From Candidatus Eiseniibacteriota bacterium (GTDB lineage: Bacteria > Eisenbacteria > RBG-16-71-46): a stretch of DNA of 64,000 bases. The translations under genes and the position numbers were made by a program. Positions 41,090 through 51,470 of this stretch are shown here, in pieces; position 1 is the stretch's first letter, and each line of letters starts with the position of its first letter. The notes beneath the pieces are model-generated. The model made no database searches. It saw only the letters and a program-made list of their open reading frames with translations, and was not told the DNA's origin. The DNA lies in contig OY970342.1 of the NCBI GenBank assembly GCA_963717505.1, positions 832,001-896,000 of the forward strand, read 5' to 3'.

Positions 41090-43876
41090 TCATGCGGCGG
41101 CCCGGTCCGAGGCTCGAGGCGGCGCCTCCTCGTCGAGCATCTCGCGCACCTTCCGCACCAGGGCGGACAGCGCATACGGCTTCTGCATGAAGGCGGAGCT
41201 TTTCTCGAGCACACCGTGGCGCACCACGGCGTCGTCCGTGTAACCCGACACGTAGAGAACCCGAAGCCCGGGGCGCTGGGCGACCAAACGCTGAGCCAAC
41301 TCCCCGCCCCCCATGACCGGCATGACGACGTCGGTGACCAGGATGTCGATGACCCCCTCGTGCGCGGCGGCCATCCCGAGCCCCTCGGCGCCGTTACGCG
41401 CCTCGATCACGCGGTAGCCGTTGGACTCCAGCACTTCGCGAGTCACCGAGCGCACCGGGTCTTCGTCTTCGACCAGCAGCACGGTCTCGACGCCACGAGC
41501 CGAGCCCGCCTGTTCTTCGACCGGTTCCGCCGTGGCCGCCGGAGCGCCCACCTGCGGAAAGTAGACTTTGAACGTCGAGCCCAGACCGGGCTCGCTGTAC
41601 ACGCTGACGTGGCCGTGATTCTGCTGCGCAATCCCGTAGACCGTCGACAATCCCAGACCGGTGCCCTTGCCCGGACCTTTGGTCGTGTAGAACGGCTCGA
41701 AGGCATGGGCCAGGGTCTCGGCATCCATGCCGCAGCCATTGTCCGCCACCGACAACATCACGTAGGCGCCCGGGGACACGTCGGCGTGCTGTTGGGTGTA
41801 GGCCCCGTCCAGCTTCACGTTCTCGACGCCGATGGTCAGACACCCACCCCGGGGCATCGCATCGCGCGCGTTCACCGCCAGGTTCATGACGATCTGCTCG
41901 AGCTGGCCACGATCCGCATAGACCGCTGCCGGCTTCGGCGACGGCACCACCGTCACCTCGATGTCCTCGCCGATCAGCCGCCGGAGCATGGCCTCGATCT
42001 GCAAGACCACAACGTTGAGATCCACGACCGCGGGCGTGAGCACGTCCTTGCGGCTGAACGCCAGCAGCTGTCGGGTCAGCAGCGATCCACGCGTCCCGGC
42101 CTTCTGGATCTCCTCGATGCTGCGCCGCATCGGATGGCCGGGTTCCACCCGGGCCAGCGCCAGCTCGCTGTGGCCGAGGATCGCCGACAGCAGGTTGTTG
42201 AAGTCGTGGGCCACGCCCCCTGCCAGGCGGCCGATCGCCTCCATCCGCTGGGCGTGCCGGAGCCGTTCCTCGAGCGTGCGCCGTTCGGTGACGTCGGTGG
42301 CCACCCCGATCAGACCCGTGACTTCTCCGTTGGGGTCACGCACGGGCGTGTAGCGCGTTTCGAATCCCAATCGGCCGAATTCGGTGACCTCGGTGAATTC
42401 CTCACCGGCAAGCGCCCGCCGCACCGCGGCCACGATGCGCGGGTAGTCCTTGTAGACCTCGAACACCGAGAGCCCCACCACCTGTCCCGGCTCGAGGTCG
42501 AGCTGTCGGAGCCCGCGCCCCTCCGACATGGTGAAGGTGCCGTCGCGGTCGATCGCGAACAGCACGATCGGGGTGTTGGCAACCACCGCGCGCAATCGCT
42601 CCTCGAGCCGCTGCAAAGCCGCGTGGACTTGCTTGTGCTCGGTGAGGTCGAGGTACTCGAGCATCAGGACTTCCAGACCGTCCAGGTCGTACGGCGTTCC
42701 GGAGAGAAGCGCGTGCAGCTCCGAGCCGTCGCGCGCCTTGATGCGGCATTCCTGGTTGCCCAGGCCCTCGCGCAGACCGGCAGCGTAGACCGGCTCGAGT
42801 CGGCGCCACTCGCTCTCGGAATGCAGTCCCGGCAGGGTCAGGTTCAGCAGCTCGGTTCCGCTGAAGCCGGTCGCGCGGCTGGCCATCGGGTTGGCGAGCA
42901 GGATGCGGTGCGTCGCCGGATCCACGAGCAGGATCGCCTTGGCACTGCGCTCGAACAGGAGGCGATAACGAGACTCGGATTGCCGCAGGCTTTCGAGGCC
43001 GCTCAAGTCCTGGACCATGACCATGGCCTCGGTCGGCCTGCCGTCGAGCCCTTTGATCGGCAGCGCGCTCAGATAAAGACTGTGATTCTGCCCCTGCTCG
43101 CTGCGGCGAAACTCGCGGTGAACGACGTGGTTGTGCTCCAAAGCCTGGGCGACCGGACAGTCCTCGCACCGACTCGGACGGGCGTGAGTGGCGTCGTGGA
43201 AGCTGGCGCATACCGCGTCGCAGCAGCGTCCGATCCAGCCCTCGCCCTCGCGAGGCTGCTGCGAGGCGAGCGTACTGTTGGTCCACAGGATGGTGCGCGA
43301 GGGATCGGTCACGAACACCAGAGCATCGGTCCGGTGCACGATGGCCGCGAACTTCTGCCGTTCGCGGTCGAGGACCCGGACCTGCTCGTCGAGATGGCGA
43401 AACCAGCGATCGTACTGAGCCCGGATCGACTGAGCGTGGATCAGCTCATGATAGGTCGCGGCCTGCCAACCCAGCGTCTCGAGGACCCCGGCCAGCGGGC
43501 CTTCGGGCAGCCGCTCGACATCGGGCGCCTGCGGCGCGCCGAGACACAGCACACCCTGCACCCGGCCGGCGGCGCGGAGCAGGAATATCGGCGGCCCAGG
43601 GGTCGTCGGGGGCATGCCGCGTTCCAGGGCTGCCAGGGCGCGCATCCGCATCGCGGTTCGCAGGTCCTCCGGAAGATCCGCCTCGAAGTGCCAGATCTCC
43701 CCCGCCCCGGCCGAGCCATTGGGCGTGAACAACGCCGAGGCGCGCGAACCGGTCGCGTTCGCCAGAGTCTTGAGGCTGCTCGCGATCGCGTCCCCGACCA
43801 GCGAGGGGGCGAGCACCAACGCCCCCAACACCGGGATGCGGCTCGATTCGGATGGTGAGACCGGGTCGACGGCCAT
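41090..43876 (-). CDS. Hybrid multi-PAS histidine kinase with receiver domain
   Basis: Three PAS-like domains, GGVAHDFNNLL, NLAVNARDAM, DNGCGM, GTGLGLS, receiver LVED...TDVVMP...K. Confidence 0.95.
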   Translation of the reverse strand: MAVDPVSPSESSRIPVLGALVLAPSLVGDAIASSLKTLANATGSRASALFTPNGSAGAGEIWHFEADLPEDLRTAMRMRALAALERGMPPTTPGPPIFLLRAAGRVQGVLCLGAPQAPDVERLPEGPLAGVLETLGWQAATYHELIHAQSIRAQYDRWFRHLDEQVRVLDRERQKFAAIVHRTDALVFVTDPSRTILWTNSTLASQQPREGEGWIGRCCDAVCASFHDATHARPSRCEDCPVAQALEHNHVVHREFRRSEQGQNHSLYLSALPIKGLDGRPTEAMVMVQDLSGLESLRQSESRYRLLFERSAKAILLVDPATHRILLANPMASRATGFSGTELLNLTLPGLHSESEWRRLEPVYAAGLREGLGNQECRIKARDGSELHALLSGTPYDLDGLEVLMLEYLDLTEHKQVHAALQRLEERLRAVVANTPIVLFAIDRDGTFTMSEGRGLRQLDLEPGQVVGLSVFEVYKDYPRIVAAVRRALAGEEFTEVTEFGRLGFETRYTPVRDPNGEVTGLIGVATDVTERRTLEERLRHAQRMEAIGRLAGGVAHDFNNLLSAILGHSELALARVEPGHPMRRSIEEIQKAGTRGSLLTRQLLAFSRKDVLTPAVVDLNVVVLQIEAMLRRLIGEDIEVTVVPSPKPAAVYADRGQLEQIVMNLAVNARDAMPRGGCLTIGVENVKLDGAYTQQHADVSPGAYVMLSVADNGCGMDAETLAHAFEPFYTTKGPGKGTGLGLSTVYGIAQQNHGHVSVYSEPGLGSTFKVYFPQVGAPAATAEPVEEQAGSARGVETVLLVEDEDPVRSVTREVLESNGYRVIEARNGAEGLGMAAAHEGVIDILVTDVVMPVMGGGELAQRLVAQRPGLRVLYVSGYTDDAVVRHGVLEKSSAFMQKPYALSALVRKVREMLDEEAPPRASDRAAA

Positions 43877-43882
43877 TGCGGA

Positions 43883-44371
43883 TCACGCGGCGCGCGTGCG
43901 GGTCCTCGCCGCGTAGAGGTCGGCAAGGCAGTCGGCGACCTTCTGGACTCTGTCGACCGCAGCATCATCGAACGCCGAAACCATGTGGCTGTCGATGTCG
44001 ATCTGCGAGTAGATGTGATCGCCGGAGCGTATGAGCACCACCAGCTCGGAGCGGGTCTCGGTGCTGCATGCCAGGTAGTTCGAGACCTTGGTGACGTCCG
44101 GGATGTTCATGTTGCGCTTCTCGGCAACCGCGCTTCCGCACACGCCTTGGCCGACTCCAATGAAGACGTGGTCGGTGGGGGCGCCGATGAAGGGTCCGAG
44201 GCGCAGGACGTTGTCCGGGAACAGCTCGTAGATCCCGGTCCAGTGGAATCGCGGGTTCGACTCGTGCAGTCCGCGCACCGCGGCCTCGAGCACCGACTCG
44301 AAGGGGGCGCCGGCCTCGCCCATCTCCCTGAGTCGCGCGACGAGCTGATCCACTTCCATGGTCGCCTCCAT
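43883..44371 (-). CDS. msrC: GAF domain protein, free methionine-R-sulfoxide reductase family
   Basis: HWTGIY, LGPFIG, GQGVCG, YLACS, RSELVV, IDIDS. Confidence 0.75.
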   Translation of the reverse strand: MEATMEVDQLVARLREMGEAGAPFESVLEAAVRGLHESNPRFHWTGIYELFPDNVLRLGPFIGAPTDHVFIGVGQGVCGSAVAEKRNMNIPDVTKVSNYLACSTETRSELVVLIRSGDHIYSQIDIDSHMVSAFDDAAVDRVQKVADCLADLYAARTRTRAA

Positions 44372-44524
44372 TCACCGCCGGGGAAGGACTCGAGCCCTCG
44401 GCGGGTGAGTTGCGGGTCGACGGGAAGGGACGTCCCGCGACGGGGTCCGGGCCACATGGCCGACTCTCTTATCGGCCCCTGACCGTAGGCCCTTGAGAAC
44501 GTCGCGGGTCGACCGAGAAGTCCG

Positions 44525-45904
44525 CTAGGCCGCCTCCCGGCGTCCCTCCTCGCGCGGAATCGGTGGGCGCGCCGGACCGGCGGCAAACCAGTCCACGTGC
44601 CGGGTCAGCGTCATGATCAGCGCCAGGAGAACGAACACGCCGATCGAGCCGATCAGCAGCGCGTAGTCCTCGTTCACCAGAACGACGAACAGGTAGCCGT
44701 AAAGGGTCGCAACCAGACCACCCAAGGCCGCGGCGCGTCGCCGGGTGCCGAGCACCGACGCGCTGTAGGCCGTGACCTGACCGACGATCGCGACCGTGGC
44801 CACGGCGTAGGCCCAGCCGAAGCCGATGTGCTCCGAGAGGGAGAGTTCGAGCAGATAGAAGATGCACATCGCGCACCCGATCAGCAGGTACTGGATTGGG
44901 TGCACGCGCACATTGCACAACACTTCGACCAGCCACAGGGTCGCGAAGGTCAGCAGCAGGAACAGCCCGGCGTACTTCACACTGCGCGACGCCATGCGGT
45001 AGTGATCCACGGTCTGGATCAGATCGAAGCCAAAGCGTGATTGCTGGAGCGCATCGGCCGCCACCGCGTTTTCCCGCCAGGCTTGCGGGAAGTTGCGCCC
45101 CAGATACGACACCGTCCAGGCAGCCTCGAACCCCTTGCCCCCGACCTGGTGGCGATCCGGAAGCCAGTTGCCCTGAAAACTCGGGCTCTGCCAGTTGGAG
45201 GCCAGCTCGACCTGCGTCGTCTTGCCCACCGGCGCCCAGTAGGCGCCTTCGCTGCCTTTGAGTCGAAGCGGCAGCCGGAATGCGATCTCCTTCGCGGTCG
45301 GATCGATCGCGACCTCGGAGTGGACGCCGCTGGCGACGACCTGCGTTTCGCCGACGCCGGGCAACAATTCGGTGGACGCACCACCCCACTCGATCGCGGT
45401 CGGCGACTCGAGCGCCCGGATGTCGGAGAGGCCGAGGACCACTTGCGCCCGGTTCCACTGGACGTCGGCATCGGAAATGTTCCAGGCGTCGAACGACGGC
45501 CGCGCAAACGTTCCGGTCAGGTCGAGGCTCGCCCGATAGACCGGAACCGAGAAGATGCCGCGCCGTCGCGACTCGGCGTCGAGCCGGCCTTTGGCCACGA
45601 CCTGCTCGGGCAGGAACGTCGCGTGGCGGATCTCCTGTCGCTCGACCGGCTTGCCGTTCACCGTCTCGCTCGAGCGATGGACGTAGGGGACGATCAACAG
45701 CGGACCGCTCAGCGCCTGCATGCGGCCCCACTTCGAGCCCACTTCCTGCACCGCCGAATCACGCCGCGTCTGGCGCTCGCGGATCAAGCCGTCGATCATC
45801 CAGATCGGCACCTGCACGAGAACCACGAGCACCAACACGACGAACGCGCGCAGCAGGTGCGAGGAACTCCACGACGAAGACGGGAATCCGGGTCGGGGCT
45901 GCAT
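44525..45904 (-). CDS. creD: Inner membrane protein CreD
   Basis: LIRERQ, RRRGIF, SNWQSPSFQGNWLP, RSVKYA, VHPIQYLLIG, LSLSEHIGF, EDYALLIGS. Confidence 0.93.
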   Translation of the reverse strand: MQPRPGFPSSSWSSSHLLRAFVVLVLVVLVQVPIWMIDGLIRERQTRRDSAVQEVGSKWGRMQALSGPLLIVPYVHRSSETVNGKPVERQEIRHATFLPEQVVAKGRLDAESRRRGIFSVPVYRASLDLTGTFARPSFDAWNISDADVQWNRAQVVLGLSDIRALESPTAIEWGGASTELLPGVGETQVVASGVHSEVAIDPTAKEIAFRLPLRLKGSEGAYWAPVGKTTQVELASNWQSPSFQGNWLPDRHQVGGKGFEAAWTVSYLGRNFPQAWRENAVAADALQQSRFGFDLIQTVDHYRMASRSVKYAGLFLLLTFATLWLVEVLCNVRVHPIQYLLIGCAMCIFYLLELSLSEHIGFGWAYAVATVAIVGQVTAYSASVLGTRRRAAALGGLVATLYGYLFVVLVNEDYALLIGSIGVFVLLALIMTLTRHVDWFAAGPARPPIPREEGRREAA

Positions 45905-46064
45905 CGTTGCCTCCAGCCAAGAGTGAGCGCCGAGGGCGGGGTTTCGGGCGCGCCAGGAGCGGGTCGATCGGTGGCTCCGGTTGCCTCTTCGGCATACCGA
46001 GAGCGGAGCTTGAGGATAGGCCGCGGCGCGCCGCAGGTGTCAGGGTCGGGCCAAAACCGACTCG

Positions 46065-46367
46065 TCAGTGAGACTGGACCTGGCCAGTCTGAGGAGCGCG
46101 GACGGCCCGATGCGCGAGGAACAAGGCCAGGGCATAGGGAAACGTCAACCAAAAGTTCATTCCGATTTCGAACGGGAACAAGTTGTGGGACGTCGGATCC
46201 CGCTGCCAGTCGGGCATCAGGACGAACGCGAAGTAGGCGGCAATCGCGATCCAGGGCAGGGCCGCCGCCACCCGCCACTTGAGCCCGCGAAACTTGAAGA
46301 CCCCGATTGCCGACATCACCAGTCCGATCGGCACGGTGAAGAAACCGAAGATCATCAACAGATCCAT
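46065..46367 (-). CDS. Small membrane protein (3 TM)
   Basis: GGAGG RBS; hydrophobic segments flanking 'DPTSHNLFPFEI'. Confidence 0.75.
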   Translation of the reverse strand: MDLLMIFGFFTVPIGLVMSAIGVFKFRGLKWRVAAALPWIAIAAYFAFVLMPDWQRDPTSHNLFPFEIGMNFWLTFPYALALFLAHRAVRAPQTGQVQSH

Positions 46368-46498
46368 GGTCGACGCCTCCACCACTGGGTCGCGGCTACG
46401 GGCGTGCGCGACGCCTGGCATCGTTCATCCCGCCCTCGCGGTATCGGCCGAAATCGGCCCGGGCGAAACCCCGGTTCGGCAATGCTACCCTGCCACGA

Positions 46499-47962
46499 AT
46501 GCCCCTCTCGACCCCCCAGCTCGACGAGCTGCGCGCCCTGCTCGGTGACGACGGTGTCCTGGCGTCCGAGGCCGCCCGTTTCACCTACGACGCCGACGCG
46601 CTGACCCTCGAGCACCACACACCCGACGTCGTCGTGCTGCCGCGCTCGACCGACGAGGTCGCGGCGGTGGTGCGCTGGGCGCACGCGAATCGGATTCCGG
46701 TCACCGCGCGCGGGGCGGGCACCGGGCTCGCCGGCGGCGCCACCGCCGAGTACGGCGGCATCGTGCTCTCGGTCAATCGCATGGACGAGGTACTCCGGGT
46801 CGATCCGGACCGCATGCTGGCCTGGGTCCAGCCCGGGCTCGTGAATCTGTGGCTCTCGCAACAGATGGCGCCGCACGGGCTCTACTACGCGCCCGATCCG
46901 GCGTCGCAGCAGGTGAGCACGGTCGGCGGCAACGTCGCGACCAACGCCGGCGGCCCGCACTGCCTCAAGTACGGCGTCACGCTCAATCACGTTCTCGGGA
47001 TCACCGTCGTGCTCCACGACGGCATGGTGGTGACTCTGGGTGGCGAAGCCCCGGACGCGCCCGACTCCGACTTGATGAGTGCCGTGGTCGGCAGCGAGGG
47101 TACGCTGGCGATCGTCGCCGAGATCTGCGTGCGCCTGCTGCCCAAACCGCAAGCGGTGCGAACGATGTTGTTCGACTTCGTTAAGATCGAGGACGCCTGT
47201 CAGGCGGTTTCCGACGTGATCGCAGCCGGCATCGTGCCGGCGGCGATGGAAATCATGGATCAACACACGGTCGGCCTGGTCGAGTCGTGGCTGAAGCTCG
47301 GACTGCCGCTCGACGCCGGCGCGGTGCTGCTGATCGAGGTCGACGGTCCGGCGATATCGCTGCCGGCACAGGTCGACCGCGTGATCGCCAAGGCGCAGGC
47401 GCGGAATGCCCGCAGCACGCGTATCGCCAAGGACGACGCCGAGCGCGCCGCGATCTGGCGCGGGCGCAAGTCGGCGTTCGGCGCCTACGGGCGAACGGCG
47501 AGCGGCTTCTACATCATGGACGGCGTGGTGCCGCGCACGCGTCTGGCCGAAGCGCTCGCGACCATCGGCCGTCTGTGTGCCGAGCGCGGCCTCGATTCCG
47601 GCAACGTGTTCCACGCCGGCGACGGCAATCTGCACCCGCACGTGCTGTTCGACGCCGCCGACCCCGCAGCGCAGGCGCGGGCACTCGAGGCTTCGCTCGA
47701 GATCCTGCGCATGTGCATCCGCCTGGGCGGCACGATCTCGGGCGAGCACGGCGTCGGCATCGAAAAACGCCCGATGATGTCCGAGCTATTCGCCCCCGCC
47801 GATCTCGCCGCCATGGAGTCGTTTCGCGACGCGTTCAACCCCGAGGGTCTGCTGAACCCCGGGAAGATCCTGCCGGGCGGCGGCGGTTGCCGCGAGGCGG
47901 CACCGGCGCAGATGGGCGGCATGCGCGCGCGCGACCCGGGGCCGGAGGGACCGTGGATCTGA
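46499..47962 (+). CDS. glcD: FAD-linked glycolate oxidase subunit GlcD-like
   Basis: ARGAGTGLAGG, YAPDPAS, NAGGPHCLKYG, FHAGDGNLHP, SGEHGVG.EK, LNPGK. Confidence 0.92.
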   Translation: MPLSTPQLDELRALLGDDGVLASEAARFTYDADALTLEHHTPDVVVLPRSTDEVAAVVRWAHANRIPVTARGAGTGLAGGATAEYGGIVLSVNRMDEVLRVDPDRMLAWVQPGLVNLWLSQQMAPHGLYYAPDPASQQVSTVGGNVATNAGGPHCLKYGVTLNHVLGITVVLHDGMVVTLGGEAPDAPDSDLMSAVVGSEGTLAIVAEICVRLLPKPQAVRTMLFDFVKIEDACQAVSDVIAAGIVPAAMEIMDQHTVGLVESWLKLGLPLDAGAVLLIEVDGPAISLPAQVDRVIAKAQARNARSTRIAKDDAERAAIWRGRKSAFGAYGRTASGFYIMDGVVPRTRLAEALATIGRLCAERGLDSGNVFHAGDGNLHPHVLFDAADPAAQARALEASLEILRMCIRLGGTISGEHGVGIEKRPMMSELFAPADLAAMESFRDAFNPEGLLNPGKILPGGGGCREAAPAQMGGMRARDPGPEGPWI

Positions 47963-48002
47963 GCGTGCACCCGATGGTCGCGTTGCCCGCGAGCGTTACG
48001 CC

Positions 48003-49244
48003 ATGAGCACGGCCGTCGCGCAACCAATCGCCGGGTGCGCGGTCGATCCCGGGGGCTACTTGATCGGCGGCCTCGCGCCCCGGTTCGCGACGCGTCCCAC
48101 CAAATTCGACGAGCTGATCGAGATCGTCCGGGCGTGCGCGAACGACGATCTCGGCATCGTCCCCTGGGGCGGCGGCGTTTCGTTGCCGCAGGAAGCGCCG
48201 ATCGAGCGCTACGACCTGGCTCTCGACCTCACGCGTCTGCGGCGAGTGGTCGAGTACGAGCCGGAGGACCTGACGCTGACCGTCGAGTGCGGCATTACGA
48301 TCGCGGCACTCCGTGCCCGGCTCGCCGATTGCGGCCAGGAGTTGCCGCTCGAAGCGGCGCACGCCGATCGGGCAACGGTCGGCGGCGTGCTTGCGGCCAA
48401 CGCCAGCGGACCGCGGCGCCGGCAGATTGGTGGTCCCCGAGACCGAATCCTGGGTGCGCGGTTCCTGCTCGGCGACGGCACCCTGGCACGCACCGGCGGC
48501 AAGGTGGTGAAGAACGTCGCGGGCTACGGCATCCATCGCATGTTGGTCGGCTCGCGTGGCGGGCTCGCGATTCTGGTCGACGCCAGCTTCAAACTGCTGC
48601 CGGCGCCGGCGGCGCGCGTGGCCATGATCTACGCGGCCGACCGCGCCTGGCTCGAACGACCGGCGTGGGCCGAGGTCGCGCGCTGGGAGCCTGCGGTGTG
48701 CACCGTGGTTTCTGCGAACGTAGCGCTCGAGGCTTCGTTGCCGGGAGCCACGTCCGGGAACTTCTGGGTGGTCCTCGGCTTCGAGGATGACGCCCCGAGG
48801 GTCAACGAGCTCTACCTCGATGCCGTCCAGCGGCTGGGATTGCCCGGCGTCGAATTGCGCGAGGCCGACGCCGAGGGCTTGTGGCAGAACCTTGCAGACC
48901 TCGAGGTCCGGGGCGCGGCGACCCTGACCTTTGCGAGCGCGGACTTGGTACCCGGCGCCGCGCTCTTGGCCCAAGCGGCCGGAGTCACCGACTTCGTGCT
49001 CCATACCCCGGCGGGTCGCCTCCACGTTTTCCCCGGACCAGATCAATCGAGCGAAACCGCTTCGGTCCCTGGGTGGGTCGCCGCCTTGAGCGAGGCGGGC
49101 TTCGCGTTGATCGGGTCGCGGGGGGTTGAACTGGGTGCTCGGGCCCAGTCGGCGACTGCCGGGCTGCGCTCCAGAATCCGCACCGCCCTGGACCCGGCCG
49201 AGCGGTTCCCCCTCGGGCGGAACTGGCAACGGGGCACGGGGTAA
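48003..49244 (+). CDS. glcE: Glycolate oxidase FAD-binding subunit GlcE-like
   Basis: EYEPEDLT, ATVGG, GGKVVKNVAGY, GSRG.L; follows glcD. Confidence 0.85.
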   Translation: MSTAVAQPIAGCAVDPGGYLIGGLAPRFATRPTKFDELIEIVRACANDDLGIVPWGGGVSLPQEAPIERYDLALDLTRLRRVVEYEPEDLTLTVECGITIAALRARLADCGQELPLEAAHADRATVGGVLAANASGPRRRQIGGPRDRILGARFLLGDGTLARTGGKVVKNVAGYGIHRMLVGSRGGLAILVDASFKLLPAPAARVAMIYAADRAWLERPAWAEVARWEPAVCTVVSANVALEASLPGATSGNFWVVLGFEDDAPRVNELYLDAVQRLGLPGVELREADAEGLWQNLADLEVRGAATLTFASADLVPGAALLAQAAGVTDFVLHTPAGRLHVFPGPDQSSETASVPGWVAALSEAGFALIGSRGVELGARAQSATAGLRSRIRTALDPAERFPLGRNWQRGTG

Positions 49245-49408
49245 GCACTGTCGGACTTGCTGTCGCGGCGGGCGCACCCGGAAGCATGGGCCCGGGTCAG
49301 CCCGCCGGGCCGTTTATGGGCGGAGCCAATCTGGAGCTTGCCGCGCCTCCGGCCATCTCCTAGCCTTAGGGGCCTTCCCGACCCCCACCCACCTCCGAGG
49401 ATCCCCTC

Positions 49409-50311
49409 ATGCCCCCCGTCCTTCGCAAGCTCCTGGCCGCGTTCGCCCTCGTAACCCTGTACGCCGCTGGCACGGGTTGCAGCAGCAGTGACGGCGGCGG
49501 CGGCACGGGAGAGCCGCCGATCACCCAGGAAGCCGCCGACGACATCGTGCAGCAGTTCGCGATGTCGTTCGCGCTGGACAACGGTGGCTGGCAGGTGGAC
49601 ATGGAGAGCGCCAACCAGTCGACGCCTCGTTTCTCGGCCCAACGGATGAAGCCGCTGGCGTTCGCGTTCCACAGCGGCATCGGCAGGGGCCTCGGCATCA
49701 TGCGCGACACGACGTTCACGCGGGTCGACATGAGCTACTCCTACAACTACCTCTACACCGACTTCGACTCGACTCGTGTCGACACCACCGACTGGTTCCG
49801 GGACTCGCTCGCGACCTGGAGCACGCTGGTGGTCGCGATCGAGGGTCGCGGCCAGGGCACCGGGACGATCGATGTCGATACCACGTTCTCGGGCGACTTC
49901 CGGCACTTCGCTGACGAGCTCCACGTCGTCGGCATGGGGTCGGACGACGACACCCTGGTGGTCTTCGGTTCCGGCGACGATTCCTTGTTCGCCACCTTCC
50001 GCCCAGCCGTCCGCGGCGGCAGCAGTGTCTACTACATCTTCACGGCGTTGAGCGACCTCAACGACATCGCGTACCTCAAGGACAATTCGAATCCGTACCC
50101 GGTCGAGGGCAACATCGAACTGCTCGTGTTCGCGGATCACCTGGGGTCGGCAAATCCCGCGGATCTGATCCGGTCGTATTCCGGCGAGCTCAGGGTCACG
50201 TTCGACGGCACGCAGACCCCGATCGCCACGTTCTCCGGCGAAATCGACGATCCCTCGCCGCCCTTCCGATATCGGATCAACCTGCGCACCGGAGCCATTA
50301 CGCGCATCTGA
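49409..50311 (+). CDS. Hypothetical lipoprotein
   Basis: GAGG RBS; lipobox GTG|C followed by a Ser/Gly linker; acidic, beta-rich. Confidence 0.8.
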   Translation: MPPVLRKLLAAFALVTLYAAGTGCSSSDGGGGTGEPPITQEAADDIVQQFAMSFALDNGGWQVDMESANQSTPRFSAQRMKPLAFAFHSGIGRGLGIMRDTTFTRVDMSYSYNYLYTDFDSTRVDTTDWFRDSLATWSTLVVAIEGRGQGTGTIDVDTTFSGDFRHFADELHVVGMGSDDDTLVVFGSGDDSLFATFRPAVRGGSSVYYIFTALSDLNDIAYLKDNSNPYPVEGNIELLVFADHLGSANPADLIRSYSGELRVTFDGTQTPIATFSGEIDDPSPPFRYRINLRTGAITRI

Positions 50312-50335
50312 GCTGCGCCAATCACCGAGTCGCCG

Positions 50336-50375
50336 GGGCCGCGCCCTCTGATGGGCGCGGCCCTGATCGTTTGTT
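50336..50375 (+). terminator. Hairpin, probable terminator
   Basis: GGGCCGCGCCC-tctgat-GGGCGCGGCCC followed by a weak T tract. Confidence 0.55.
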
Positions 50376-50438
50376 CACGGCCCGGCAAGCGGGCATGATG
50401 ATCGCCTCGACCCCCGTTATTCCCGCGAGGAACTCGCC

Positions 50439-51470
50439 ATGGATCCGCTCGTGTTCGTTCCCTTGATTGCCGTCGTCTGCGGTAGCGCCCACGGCCCGGC
50501 GCCCGAGGATTCCGACCGCCGCGAAGCGACCCCGCTGGTGTCGACCTACTCGATCGTCGCGCGCGATCCGGCGACCGGGGAGATGGGCGTCGCGGTTCAG
50601 TCGCACTACTTCTCGGTCGGCCCGATCGTACCGTGGGCCGAGTCGGGAGTCGGCGCGGTCGCCACGCAATCGCTGGTGCTGGTCGACTACGGCCCCAACG
50701 GACTCGCGCTAATGCGCCAGGGTATGACGGCGCAGCAGGCGCTCGATTCGCTCAAGCGGGCCGACCCCAATCCCGCGGTGCGACAGGTCGCGATGGTCGA
50801 CGCCAAGGGCAACGTCGCCTCGCACACCGGCGACAAGTGCATTCCCGAGGCCGGGTACGAAAAGGGCGAGCAGTTCTCGGTGCAGGCCAACCTGATGGCC
50901 AAACCGACGGTGTGGCCGGCCATGGCCAAGGCGTTCCGCGAGGGTAAGGGCGATCTCGCCGAGCGCATGCTGCTGGCGCTCGAAGCCGCCGAGAAGGAAG
51001 GCGGCGACATTCGCGGCCGACAGTCCGCGGCGATCCTGATCGTGCGCGCCCAGCCGACCGGCAAGCCGTGGCTCGACCGGGTCATGGACCTGCGCGTCGA
51101 AGATCATCCCGATCCCAACACCGAGCTGCGCCGTCTGGTGCGCCTGCGCCGCGCGTACAACCTCGAGGACGCGGGCGACAACTACATCGCCGAGGGCAAG
51201 TCGAAGGAAGCGCTTGCCGCGTATGCCGAAGCGGCGAAGCTCGCGCCCGACGTGGTCGAGCTCCAGTTCTGGGCGGCGGTCTCGATGTATGAGAACGGGA
51301 AGCGAGCGGAAGCGCTCGAGATCTTTCGCCAGGTGTTCCAGGCCGAGGGCAAGCGCTGGGTCGATCTGATTCCGAGGCTCGCGAAAGTCGGGCTGTTCCC
51401 CAACGACCCGGCAAAGATCGCCGAGGTGCAGAAGCAATGGACCGGGGCCGGGAGTCCACCCCAACGGTGA
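50439..51470 (+). CDS. DUF1028 (Ntn-hydrolase-like) protein with C-terminal TPR-like region
   Basis: TYSIVARDP..GEMGVAVQS, GVGAVATQ, GGDIRGRQSAA, DLRVEDH. Confidence 0.88.
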   Translation: MDPLVFVPLIAVVCGSAHGPAPEDSDRREATPLVSTYSIVARDPATGEMGVAVQSHYFSVGPIVPWAESGVGAVATQSLVLVDYGPNGLALMRQGMTAQQALDSLKRADPNPAVRQVAMVDAKGNVASHTGDKCIPEAGYEKGEQFSVQANLMAKPTVWPAMAKAFREGKGDLAERMLLALEAAEKEGGDIRGRQSAAILIVRAQPTGKPWLDRVMDLRVEDHPDPNTELRRLVRLRRAYNLEDAGDNYIAEGKSKEALAAYAEAAKLAPDVVELQFWAAVSMYENGKRAEALEIFRQVFQAEGKRWVDLIPRLAKVGLFPNDPAKIAEVQKQWTGAGSPPQR

